A DNA stretch of 64,000 bases from Bacteroidia bacterium (GTDB lineage: Bacteria > Bacteroidota > Bacteroidia > M30B66), in assembly GCA_965279035.1 (NCBI GenBank), contig OZ257142.1, positions 320,001 to 384,000 of the forward strand. The letters run 5' to 3'. The translations under genes and the position numbers were made by a program. Below are positions 1-8,555 of this stretch, piece by piece (positions within the stretch are counted from its first letter, which is position 1; the number at the start of each line of letters is the position of its first letter). The notes beneath the pieces were generated by a model that saw only the letters and a list, made by a program, of their open reading frames with translations, was not told the DNA's origin and did not search any database.

Positions 1-1
1 T

Positions 2-220
2 TCTACGGGAGAACGTATTCGCCATAATGAAGCGATTTACACGTTTGTAGCAGTGGATCAATTAGGAAATCCTATTGCTGTTCCTGAACTCATTCCTGAA
101 ACTGATTTAGAGAAAAGTCGCTACGAAGGAGCATTACGTCGACGCCAGTTAAGTTTGATTTTAGCCGGAAAAATGAAACCCGACGACGCAACAGAACTTA
201 AAGCTCTTTTTGCTCCCTAA
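2..220 (+). CDS. acyl-CoA thioesterase (hotdog fold), 3' partial
   Basis: Frame 2 is open from the window edge: STGERIRHNEAIYTFVAVDQLGNPIAVPELIPETDLEKSRYEGALRRRQLSLILAGKMKPDDATELKALFAP*. The 'YTFVAVD..G.P..VP' pattern is typical of YciA-type thioesterases. Confidence 0.8.
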   Translation, partial: STGERIRHNEAIYTFVAVDQLGNPIAVPELIPETDLEKSRYEGALRRRQLSLILAGKMKPDDATELKALFAP

Positions 221-374
221 GCCGATTTTCATTTGAATTCACAGACAACACTTGCTATTTCTTGCCTTTTTCAGACAGGTAAAAAGTGCAGTCTCGTCGA
301 AAAAAAAGTTCAACAAGCTGATAATGTGAGACATATTTCCTTTTGTCAAAATCATCCAACCGTAAAAATTTGTG

Positions 375-382
375 TACGTTTG
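375..382 (+). promoter_or_regulatory. Bacteroidota -7 promoter box (TACGTTTG) for glutamate dehydrogenase
   Basis: Matches TAnnTTTG, 40 nt upstream of ATG 423. Argues against the ORF-track start at 372. Confidence 0.55.
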
Positions 383-422
383 GCTCAGTCAACCCCAATT
401 ATCAATCTTTAATAAACCGTTT

Positions 423-1847
423 ATGTCCGACATTACGGAAAAAAGAGAGGACGAATTCTTTCAGGACGTCCTCAAGTACTTTGATCGCGCGGCGAAATTC
501 GTCGATGTATCAGCTGGTCTTTTAGATCAAATCAAATATTGCAACAGTGTTTACCGGATGAAGTTTCCTGTGAAAATGGGTGATGGGTATCAGGTAATTG
601 AAGCATATCGCGTGGAGCACTCGCACCACAAACTTCCTACGAAGGGCGGTATTCGTTTCAGTACAGCTGTAAATCAGGATGAGGTGATGGCTTTGGCCGC
701 CCTAATGACTTACAAATGTGCCATTGTAGATGTTCCTTTTGGAGGAGCAAAAGGCGGTATTAAAATCAGCCCACGCAAACTATCAGCCGATGAAATGGAG
801 CGCATTACGCGTCGTTACACGTCTGAGCTGATTAAGAAAAACTTCATCGGTCCTGGTATCGACGTTCCTGCTCCTGATTATGGTTCGGGTGAGCGTGAGA
901 TGGCTTGGATTGTTGATACATACGCAACATTCTTCCCGAATGAATTGAATGCTATGGCTTGTGTAACAGGAAAACCTGTGAGTCAAGGTGGTATTCGTGG
1001 TCGTAAAGAAGCAACCGGATTAGGTGTTTACTTTGGAATCCGCGAAGCGTTGAGCAATGAAGACGATTGCAAAGCATGGGGTCTTACTCCAGGTATGGCC
1101 GGAAAAACGTTTGTTGTTCAAGGGTTTGGTAACGTAGGTTTCCATTCTGCGAAATTTGTTCACGAAGGTGGAGGAAAAATTATTTCTATTGCGGAGTGGG
1201 ATGGCGCTATTTACAATGCAAATGGTATTGATCCTCATGCATTGGAAGCGCATCGTAACAAAACCGGAAGTATCCTCAATTTCCCAGGAACAACTAATGT
1301 GGATAAATACGAAGCACTAGAAATTGAGTGTGATGTATTAATTCCTGCTGCTCTTGAGAACCAGATCAATGGAAGTAATGCTGATCGTATTAAATGTAAA
1401 ATCATTGGAGAAGCAGCGAATGGTCCTGTAACTCCTGATGCTGAAACCATCTTAAACGCGAAAGGTGTTTACATCATTCCAGATATCTACCTCAACGCTG
1501 GTGGTGTTACTGTTTCATATTTTGAATGGTTGAAAAACCTAAGTCACGTACGTTTTGGTCGTTTAGGAAAACGTTGGGACGAAGCTGCTGGTCACAATAC
1601 CATTTCGGTATTAGAAGAAATGACTGGCCGTATTGCTACCGATGCTCAGAAAAAACTGATTGAACGTGGTGCTGATGAGTTAGATTTAGTTTATTCCGGA
1701 TTGGAAGAAACGATGATCAACTCTTACAACGCTATCCGCGATGAGTTAAAAAGCGGTTCTGGAATTCCAGATCTTCGTACAGCAGCGTTTGTTGTTGCTA
1801 TCAAGAAGATTGTTCAGTCATACAATACTTTGGGAGTTTTCCCTTAA
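423..1847 (+). CDS. gdhA: Glu/Leu/Phe/Val dehydrogenase family, glutamate dehydrogenase
   Basis: [26 protein letters not shown] (NAD-binding), EAANGP and [12 protein letters not shown] motifs. Start moved to ATG 423. Confidence 0.93.
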   Translation: MSDITEKREDEFFQDVLKYFDRAAKFVDVSAGLLDQIKYCNSVYRMKFPVKMGDGYQVIEAYRVEHSHHKLPTKGGIRFSTAVNQDEVMALAALMTYKCAIVDVPFGGAKGGIKISPRKLSADEMERITRRYTSELIKKNFIGPGIDVPAPDYGSGEREMAWIVDTYATFFPNELNAMACVTGKPVSQGGIRGRKEATGLGVYFGIREALSNEDDCKAWGLTPGMAGKTFVVQGFGNVGFHSAKFVHEGGGKIISIAEWDGAIYNANGIDPHALEAHRNKTGSILNFPGTTNVDKYEALEIECDVLIPAALENQINGSNADRIKCKIIGEAANGPVTPDAETILNAKGVYIIPDIYLNAGGVTVSYFEWLKNLSHVRFGRLGKRWDEAAGHNTISVLEEMTGRIATDAQKKLIERGADELDLVYSGLEETMINSYNAIRDELKSGSGIPDLRTAAFVVAIKKIVQSYNTLGVFP

Positions 1848-1864
1848 TCGGATTTCATCCAAAC

Positions 1865-1900
1865 AAAAACGCCATTCCCGAAAGAGAGTGGCGTTTTTTT
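1865..1900. terminator. bidirectional intrinsic terminator
   Basis: aaaaacgccattc-ccgaaaga-gagtggcgttttttt between convergent genes. Confidence 0.85.
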
Positions 1901-1918
1901 ATGTCTATTTGGAATGAA

Positions 1919-2914
1919 TCAAACACCCGCCTTCTCACTAAAAACAACACCTAAAAGTGTTTTTCCTACAACGCCTAATGTGGTTTTGTCAACCGCGTTC
2001 ATGTTGTCTTGCTGCGTGTGCCAGTATGCACCAAAGCCCTTTTGAAGATCGTGGTGGATGATGTCGATAGTTGGAACTCCTAAAATTGTATTCACGAAAT
2101 AATGATCATCCGTAACAGCTCCACATGGATCATTTTTGAAATAGCTCGAATAACCCAACTCTGCTCCAATGCTCCAAACTCGACTCATTACATCAGGAGC
2201 AAATTGCATAGAGAAACCTTCGCGGTAGAAAGTCGCTCCACTTGCTCCAACCATATCGAGTAAAATGCCGTATTTCGGACTAAACCCAGGAATTGGGGGA
2301 TTTGCTGAAAAATACTGTGATCCCAAACAATAGGTGTTGCTTTCGCTCGGGTTTCCATAATCTTCGGCATCAAACAACACAATATCAACACCAATAGGAG
2401 CCGGATGTGCTTGAAGAACTCGAGCAATCTCCAACAAAATACCAATACTAGCAGCACCATCAACAGCACCATCGAAACGCGCTTTGGGTTTCATTATGTC
2501 CTGATCAGAAAAAGGGCGTGTATCCCAATGTGCACATAACATGATACGCGTTGCTGCACTTGGATTTATGCGTCCAAGAATATTCCGCATGCTCAACGAT
2601 TCACCAGTGTAGGCAGTTACTTTTCCACTTTGTACCACTACTTCGGCACCATAACGCTTGAGTGTTGAAATGATGTAATCGGCACATTTTACGTGTGCTT
2701 CTGTATTTGGAACGCGCGGGCCAAAAGCCACCTGCTTTGCTGTAATGGCATAAGCTGTATCGGCATTAAATGCAGGAAGGTCGGCAGGAACTAATTTAGC
2801 CTGCTTAGGTGTTTCACTTGGAACAGGTTGATCACCGCTGGATGAAGGTCCTCCGCAAGAAGTCCAAATTCCTGCCATTAGTAGGAGACTTGCTCCCAGC
2901 CATTTATTCTTCAT
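1919..2914 (-). CDS. M28-family lipoprotein, probable glutaminyl cyclase
   Basis: Lipobox WTSC; [24 protein letters not shown] and WHT..D motifs as in Bacteroidota glutaminyl cyclases. Confidence 0.8.
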   Translation of the reverse strand: MKNKWLGASLLLMAGIWTSCGGPSSSGDQPVPSETPKQAKLVPADLPAFNADTAYAITAKQVAFGPRVPNTEAHVKCADYIISTLKRYGAEVVVQSGKVTAYTGESLSMRNILGRINPSAATRIMLCAHWDTRPFSDQDIMKPKARFDGAVDGAASIGILLEIARVLQAHPAPIGVDIVLFDAEDYGNPSESNTYCLGSQYFSANPPIPGFSPKYGILLDMVGASGATFYREGFSMQFAPDVMSRVWSIGAELGYSSYFKNDPCGAVTDDHYFVNTILGVPTIDIIHHDLQKGFGAYWHTQQDNMNAVDKTTLGVVGKTLLGVVFSEKAGV

Positions 2915-4415
2915 AATCCCAGCTAATTCCTGTTTTTGAATCTTTAATTACTAATCCTTCGAGTTTTACTTGAGCACGAATACGATCAACCGTTGCGTAA
3001 TCTTTTCGTGACTTTGCATCTACATAATCGCCCAAGATAACGTTCATCAAGGTTCCTAAAGTATCGTCCGACTTCCCTTTCTCTTCCAACAATCCAAATA
3101 TGTTCTCTACAAAATGGATGTAAGTCGATTTCATCAAGTCAAACGTATCTTGAGAAAGAGAACTCATCGCTATTTGTCCACCCTTTAGTGAATTTATCAC
3201 TTTCAACAAATCGAATAAAGAAGCCAATGCAACAGCGGTATTCATATCGTCATTCATGCCCGAATAGGCTTGTGCAACGCTAGCTTCAATACGACTTTGT
3301 AGATCATTGTCAATCGCTTCACCATCGTTGGCATTTTCCAATTGACGCAAGCTTCGCAATCCGTTGATGATTCGTTTGTATGCTTTTTCAGCTGCCTTGA
3401 GTGCATCATTCGAAAAGTCGAGTGTGCTGCGGTAATGTGCCTGAAGGATGAAAAACCGAATAGTCATGGGGCTGTATGCTTGTTCAAGCAAGGCACTTGA
3501 GCCGGTGAAGAATTCCTTCAACGTGATGAAATTCCCCAAGGACTTACCCATTTTCCGCCCATTGATGGTAATCATGTTATTGTGCATCCAGTATTTCACC
3601 GGAGCATGACCGCAACTGCCTTTAGATTGAGCAATTTCACTTTCGTGATGTGGAAAAACGAGATCCATTCCACCTCCGTGTATGTCGAACGTTTCGCCCA
3701 AATACTTACGACTCATTGCGGAACACTCGATATGCCATCCTGGAAAACCATCGCTCCAAGGAGAACTCCAACGCATAATGTGGTAAGCATCTGCTTTTTT
3801 CCAAAGGGCAAAATCTTCTGGGTTGTGCTTTTCTTCTTGTCCTTCCAGAACCCGACGATCATTCCCTGCTCCAGCAATTAAATCTTCCAAAACGCGACCA
3901 CTAAGTTTCCCGTAATCGTTGGTTTTGCTGTACTTGATCACATCAAAATACACCGAACCATTCGACTCATAAGCAAATCCGTTTTCGATGATTTTCTGAA
4001 TCATTTCAATTTGCTCCGGAATGTGGCCCGATGCACGCGGTTCAATGCTTGGGTGATTGTTATTCAACATCCGCATCGATTCGTGAAAACTGTTTGTGTA
4101 CAATTCCACTATCTCCATCGGCTCAAGCTTTTCAAGACGAGCTTTTTTGGCAATTTTATCCTCCCCTTCATCCGCATCATTTTCCAAATGTCCTACATCG
4201 GTAATGTTGCGTACGTAGCGAACTTTATAACCAATTGAGCTCAAGTAACGGCCAAGCACATCAAAAGTCACATAGGGCCGAGCATGTCCCAAATGAGCTT
4301 CCCCATAAACGGTAGGACCACACACGTACAAACCAACAAAAGGTGCATTGATGGGTTCGAACCGTTCTTTTTGCCGGTTGAGTGTGTTGTAGATAAATAG
4401 ATCCTGCGAGTTCAT
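2904..4415 (-). CDS. cysS: cysteinyl-tRNA synthetase
   Basis: [35 protein letters not shown] and KMGKS motifs. Confidence 0.98.
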   Translation of the reverse strand: MNSQDLFIYNTLNRQKERFEPINAPFVGLYVCGPTVYGEAHLGHARPYVTFDVLGRYLSSIGYKVRYVRNITDVGHLENDADEGEDKIAKKARLEKLEPMEIVELYTNSFHESMRMLNNNHPSIEPRASGHIPEQIEMIQKIIENGFAYESNGSVYFDVIKYSKTNDYGKLSGRVLEDLIAGAGNDRRVLEGQEEKHNPEDFALWKKADAYHIMRWSSPWSDGFPGWHIECSAMSRKYLGETFDIHGGGMDLVFPHHESEIAQSKGSCGHAPVKYWMHNNMITINGRKMGKSLGNFITLKEFFTGSSALLEQAYSPMTIRFFILQAHYRSTLDFSNDALKAAEKAYKRIINGLRSLRQLENANDGEAIDNDLQSRIEASVAQAYSGMNDDMNTAVALASLFDLLKVINSLKGGQIAMSSLSQDTFDLMKSTYIHFVENIFGLLEEKGKSDDTLGTLMNVILGDYVDAKSRKDYATVDRIRAQVKLEGLVIKDSKTGISWDYEE

Positions 4416-4555
4416 GGGTTAAGAATAGAAAGGGCTAAAATACCCATGCTTTTCGGTTCCCGCAAATGCAGACGAATTCGGATGATTTTTTTATTCTCAC
4501 TTGATGAAAGAAGACCATTCACTGGAATGCGTTTTCTTAACTGAATAGGAATAAT

Positions 4556-4794
4556 TCAATAAAGATGTCTCGTAGCAAATGCTCTCACTGAGCCAGACTT
4601 CAGATAACGCTCAAATTTATAAGCCATATATCTATCAGGAAAAGTACAACACCAAATCAACTTGACTGGCAAATGAGGCTTAGTTGATCTCACATTGCCT
4701 TTAGAATGCCGGCGATAGCGTTCCTTCAAATTAATTGTACAACCTACATAATGCTTAAATTACTAAGCTCTAGGATATAAACATAAAACCACAT
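4556..4794 (-). pseudogene. small GIY-YIG nuclease (UPF0213/YazA-like), single -1 frameshift
   Basis: ATG 4794 gives MWFYVYILELSN. After a 1-nt shift near 4757 the frame reads KHYVGCTINLKERYRRHSKGNVRSTKPHLPVKLIWCCTFPDRYMAYKFERYLKSGSVRAFATRHLY* (TGA 4556-4558). It retains YVY...YVG, the conserved R and FE..LK. Total 239 nt, i.e. 80 codons minus 1 nt. Confidence 0.85.
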
Positions 4795-4820
4795 AAAGAA
4801 TAATATATCCACCAAAATAC

Positions 4821-4860
4821 AAAAACCCCAGTAAGGATTATAAATCTTTACTGGGTTTTT
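4821..4860. terminator. intrinsic terminator downstream of tRNA-Ser
   Basis: aaaaacc-ccagtaaggat-tataa-atctttactgg-gttttt: hairpin with A and T runs on either side. Confidence 0.7.
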
Positions 4861-4924
4861 GCCCACCTTCGTGGGCTTAAGCGGATGTTATCCGCCGAAG
4901 TCCGCTTCTGCGGACGAAGGCGGA
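4861..4924. repeat. cluster of GC-rich REP-like hairpins abutting the tRNA 3' end
   Basis: gcccac-cttc-gtgggc (4861-4876); gcggat-gtt-atccgc (4881-4895); tccgcc-gaa-gtccgc-ttct-gcggac-gaa-ggcgga (4891-4924). Confidence 0.75.
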
Positions 4925-5007
4925 GACTGAGGGATTCGAACCCTCGATACAGTTACCCGTATACAAACTTTCCAGGCTTGCTCCTTCAACCACTCGGACA
5001 AGTCTCC
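4921..5007 (-). tRNA. tRNA-Ser (anticodon GGA)
   Basis: Minus strand reads GGAGACTTGTCCGAGTGGTTGAAGGAGCAAGCCTGGAAAGTTTGTATACGGGTAACTGTATCGAGGGTTCGAATCCCTCAGTCTCCG. Acceptor stem GGAGACT/AGTCTCC, anticodon loop CTGGAAA, long variable arm, GTTCGAAT T-loop, G discriminator. CCA is not encoded. Confidence 0.97.
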
Positions 5008-5307
5008 AATTTACTTACTCAATCAAACTTTCCAGGCTTGCTCTCCCGATAACTATCGGGAAAACCACTCGGACAAGTCTCCAATTTACTTACTCAATCA
5101 AACTTTCCAGGCTTGCTCTCCCGATAGCTATCGGGACAACCACTCGGACAAGTCTCCTATTTACTTACTCAATCAAACTTTCCAGGCTTGCTCTCCCGAT
5201 AGCTATCGGGACAACCACTCGGACAAGTCTCCTATTTACTTACTCAATCAAACTTTCCAGGCTTGCTCTCCCGATAGCTATCGGGACAACCACTCGGACA
5301 AGTCTCC
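5008..5307 (-). repeat. 4 x 75-bp tandem array of tRNA-Ser 5'-half copies with an inserted 18-bp palindrome
   Basis: tRNA-derived 59-nt units at 5024-5082, 5099-5157, 5174-5232 and 5249-5307, separated by a 16-nt linker (a/t)atttacttactcaat. Palindrome tcccgatagctatcggga at 5044 (one mismatch), 5119, 5194 and 5269. Confidence 0.97.
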
Positions 5308-5320
5308 TATTAAAGGACGG

Positions 5321-5328
5321 CAAAACTA
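5321..5328 (-). promoter_or_regulatory. -7 promoter box (TAGTTTTG) for the array and tRNA
   Basis: Exact TAnnTTTG on the minus strand, 13 nt upstream of the first tRNA-half copy. Confidence 0.75.
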
Positions 5329-5392
5329 GGAAAAAATTCGTTCCGGAAGCCTAATTCATTTGATGATGCGAGCTTCCGAATTATTAATAACA

Positions 5393-6433
5393 CTAATTCC
5401 AGTCGAAAAGCGTCATTTCTTCTCGAAGTGGGAGGATAAACTGCTCACGAATGCTTTCTAAATCGGGACAATTAGCTAAAAGGAACATGAGTTTGGCTAA
5501 AGCGGCTTCGGTGGTGATGTCTTGTCCGCCAAGAACGCCCATTTGAGCTAGGTCTGAGCTGGTTTTGTACTTTCCTTGAACCACCGCGCCACTGCTACAT
5601 TGGGTTACGTTTACGACCAAAATTCCCTTTTCAATTGCTTGACGGATGGCATCTAAAAACCAGTCTTCGGTTGGCGCATTTCCAGAACCAAACGTTTCTA
5701 AAACAACGGCTTTCAATCCAGGAATAGATAATATAGCCTGAACATACTGCAATGTCATTCCGGGGAATATCTTGAGAATGGCAATGTTAGTATCGAGTTT
5801 CTTGTGAAAGAGCGTAGGCTTGCCGTTGTATTTACGAAGAATAGCATCGTTGAATCGAATCTGAACTCCCGCTTCGGCCAATGCTGGATAATTGGTGCTA
5901 GCAAAAGCATTGAAGTGACTCGAACTGAACTTGGTAGTTCGATTTCCTTTAAGCAAATGATACTCGAAATAGATACATACTTCGCTTACTTTATTCATCC
6001 CGAACTCTTTGAGAACGGCAATTTCGAGTGCTGTAATGAAGTTTTCCTTTGCATCGGTACGTAGCACACCAATGGGTAGTTGCGAGCCAGTAAGAATCAC
6101 GGGCTTGCTCAAATTTTCGAGCATGAAACTCAATGCCGATGCAGTATAAGCCATGGTATCGGAACCATGTAGAATCACGAAACCATCGTAGCGGTCGTAG
6201 TTTTTTTCAATCACCTCAACCAATCGAATCCAATCGCTGGGTTGCACATTAGAGGAATCAATGGTGTTTACAAACGTGTAAATATCCAACTCAATGTCGA
6301 GCTTTTCGATTTCGGGTATGTTAGCCTGAAGTCGCTCGAAGTTCACGGGTTTAAGCGAGCCGGTTTGACTGTCTTTCACCATACCGATGGTGCCACCGGT
6401 GTATATTATTAATGCAGATGGTTTTCTGCTCAT
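5393..6433 (-). CDS. ansA: type I L-asparaginase
   Basis: IYTGGTIGM, HGSDTMAY, TGSQ and ETFGSGN motifs; no signal peptide. Confidence 0.95.
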   Translation of the reverse strand: MSRKPSALIIYTGGTIGMVKDSQTGSLKPVNFERLQANIPEIEKLDIELDIYTFVNTIDSSNVQPSDWIRLVEVIEKNYDRYDGFVILHGSDTMAYTASALSFMLENLSKPVILTGSQLPIGVLRTDAKENFITALEIAVLKEFGMNKVSEVCIYFEYHLLKGNRTTKFSSSHFNAFASTNYPALAEAGVQIRFNDAILRKYNGKPTLFHKKLDTNIAILKIFPGMTLQYVQAILSIPGLKAVVLETFGSGNAPTEDWFLDAIRQAIEKGILVVNVTQCSSGAVVQGKYKTSSDLAQMGVLGGQDITTEAALAKLMFLLANCPDLESIREQFILPLREEMTLFDWN

Positions 6434-7206
6434 GCGCGTTTAAATAGTCGGCGGGCGTTTGCCGTGGTGATGGTTGCCAAATCGTTTTTTCCTATGCGGC
6501 GAATTTCAGAAAGGGCTTCAAGAATAATCCGGATATAGGCCGTTTCGTTTCGTTTGCCGCGAAAGGGAACAGGAGCAAGATACGGCGCATCGGTTTCGAG
6601 CACAAGAAATTCTAGCGGGATTTCTGCAATCGCTTCCGCCAGACCACTTTTCTTAAAGGTAAGTACACCGCCAATGCCCAGTAAAAAGCCCATTTGGGTT
6701 ATGATGCGCGCCTCTTCTGCATTTCCCGAAAAGCAATGGAAGATTCCACGCAAACCACGTTCAGCAAAAGGACGAATCACTTCAATGCTTTGAGCAGTTG
6801 ATTCGCGGCAATGCAAAATCACAGGTAAATTTTTCTCCAAGGCCCATTCACACTGTCGATTTAAGGCTTCAATCTGAATGTCGAGCGTTGATTTATCCCA
6901 ATACAAATCGAGCCCAATTTCACCAACAGCTACATATTCCCGTGTGTCGAGCCAGTGTTTTACCAAAGCCAGTTCTTCTTCCATCGTATCTGGCTTCACC
7001 GAACACGGATGAAGCCCCATCATAGGAAAGCAATGTGATGGATACGCATCTACCAGAGCGTGCATGAGCGGAATGGTTTCGCTATCTACATTGGGTAAAT
7101 AGATCTCTGTAACGCCCTCTTCAAATGCGCGTTGCATCATGGCGTCGCGGTCATTATCGAATTCGGGAAGATACAAATGTGTATGTGTATCGCTCAAAGT
7201 ATACAT
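6430..7206 (-). CDS. tatD: TatD-family DNase
   Basis: DTHTH, GLHP, GEIGLD, HCR, HCFSG and LETDAPY motifs. Confidence 0.93.
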   Translation of the reverse strand: MYTLSDTHTHLYLPEFDNDRDAMMQRAFEEGVTEIYLPNVDSETIPLMHALVDAYPSHCFPMMGLHPCSVKPDTMEEELALVKHWLDTREYVAVGEIGLDLYWDKSTLDIQIEALNRQCEWALEKNLPVILHCRESTAQSIEVIRPFAERGLRGIFHCFSGNAEEARIITQMGFLLGIGGVLTFKKSGLAEAIAEIPLEFLVLETDAPYLAPVPFRGKRNETAYIRIILEALSEIRRIGKNDLATITTANARRLFKRA

Positions 7207-7271
7207 GCTGCAAAGGTGCAGAATTCATCCGATGCAGAACAAGGCTGCGAAAAACCATTAGTTTTGTGGCT

Positions 7272-8267
7272 GTGCAGCGCATCTTAATTATTCGTTTTAG
7301 CTCCATTGGCGACATTGTGCTCACCACGCCAGTTCTGCGTTGTTTGGCCAAGCAGTTTCCCAATGCCGAATTGCATTACCTCACCAAGCCGGCGTTTAAG
7401 AGCATTCTCGATCCCAATCCATATGTGCAAAAAGTCTGGCTTTGGGAAGATCAACCCAAAGAAGTGATGCGTCAATTGAAAGAACAGCGTTTCGATTTAG
7501 TGGTCGATTTGCATCATAACCTGCGAAGCAAACGGGTAAAACTCGCACTCCGCCGACCAAGTGTTTCGTTCAACAAACTCAACGTAGAAAAATACCTATA
7601 CGTTAACTTTCGCATCAAGCGCTTACCCAATGTGCACATTGTAGATCGCTATCTAGCCACAGTGGCGCATTTAGGAGTAAAAAACGATTCTTTAGGACTC
7701 GATTATTTTATTCGTCCCGAAGATGAATACGATATAAAACAATTGCCTCAAACGTATCAGAACGGCTATGTTGCTCTGGTTACCGGAGCTTTAAAAAACA
7801 CCAAGCGCATGCCCGAAGTGGAACTCAGCGAAGTGTGCAAGCGCATCGGTTTACCCATTGTGCTTTTGGGAGGAAAAGCCGAAGCCGAATATGGGGCTCA
7901 CATTGCCCGCGATTTGGGCGAAGCAGCTTACAATACCTGTGGTGAAATCTCCTTGGGACAATCGGCTTCTTTAGTAAAACAAGCACGCGTAGTACTTACG
8001 CACGATACCGGCTTAATGCACATTGCCGCCGCCTTTCACAAACCCATAGTATCAATCTGGGGCAATACCGTTCCTGAATTTGGCATGTATCCCTATTTAC
8101 CTCTAGCGAGCGACCAACAGTTCATCTCCCAAGTAAACAATTTGCCTTGCCGACCATGTTCAAAAATTGGCTATGCCCACTGTCCTAAAAAGCATTTCCG
8201 CTGCATGAAAGTTCAAGATTTGGGGAAGATAGCCGAAGAGGTGAAACGGATGTTTGCATTTCCCTAA
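7272..8267 (+). CDS. glycosyltransferase family 9 (heptosyltransferase-like)
   Basis: RILIIRFSSIGDIV, DTGLMHIAAA and CRPC motifs. The ORF-track start 7125 overlaps tatD; GTG 7272 follows a TAGTTTTG box at 7259-7266. Confidence 0.88.
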   Translation: MQRILIIRFSSIGDIVLTTPVLRCLAKQFPNAELHYLTKPAFKSILDPNPYVQKVWLWEDQPKEVMRQLKEQRFDLVVDLHHNLRSKRVKLALRRPSVSFNKLNVEKYLYVNFRIKRLPNVHIVDRYLATVAHLGVKNDSLGLDYFIRPEDEYDIKQLPQTYQNGYVALVTGALKNTKRMPEVELSEVCKRIGLPIVLLGGKAEAEYGAHIARDLGEAAYNTCGEISLGQSASLVKQARVVLTHDTGLMHIAAAFHKPIVSIWGNTVPEFGMYPYLPLASDQQFISQVNNLPCRPCSKIGYAHCPKKHFRCMKVQDLGKIAEEVKRMFAFP

Positions 8268-8305
8268 ATCCCTCTCCACGGGAGAACGCCTTTTTCCTGA
8301 ATCAT

Positions 8306-8340
8306 CTCCCCTTTCCTAAGAAGAGGAGCCGGGGGTGAGG
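8306..8340. repeat. degenerate REP-like hairpin
   Basis: ctcccctttcctaagaagaggagccgggggtgagg: imperfect CT-rich/GA-rich stem with a GGGGTGAGG tail. Confidence 0.45.
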
Positions 8341-8367
8341 TCGACGGAATGCTCGTCTTCCCAAAAT

Positions 8368-8409
8368 TTTCGTTAATCGTAATACGTATATCGAACATCG
8401 AATATCGAT
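8368..8409. repeat. 6 x 7-bp degenerate tandem repeat
   Basis: tttcgtt aatcgta atacgta tatcgaa catcgaa tatcgat; CG is fixed at positions 4-5 of every unit. Confidence 0.7.
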
Positions 8410-8555
8410 TCTGGGCGCCTGCTTTTTCCGCTTCACTCCAAAAGCACCGGGCTTTCCGCCTCTACTGCTTTTTCACCTTCGGTTCAAAAGAGGTAATGGC
8501 TCCAATCCCATGGCGCGGGGAATTCTGCAAAACTCGAATATCCTCAATATTTCAC

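Noticed and set aside
5008-5307. CRISPR array
   Set aside because: The linkers are essentially identical rather than unique spacers, the repeat derives from the adjacent tRNA, and no cas genes are in the window.
5024-5307. Four additional tRNA-Ser genes
   Set aside because: The units lack the variable arm, T-arm and 3' acceptor strand.
4556-5307. Prophage or ICE att site
   Set aside because: No integrase or cargo genes, and the duplicated part is the tRNA 5' half in tandem, not a distant 3' copy.
5344-5378. cggaagc/gcttccg inverted repeat after ansA
   Set aside because: A 7-bp stem with a 21-nt loop and no clear U tract is too weak to call.
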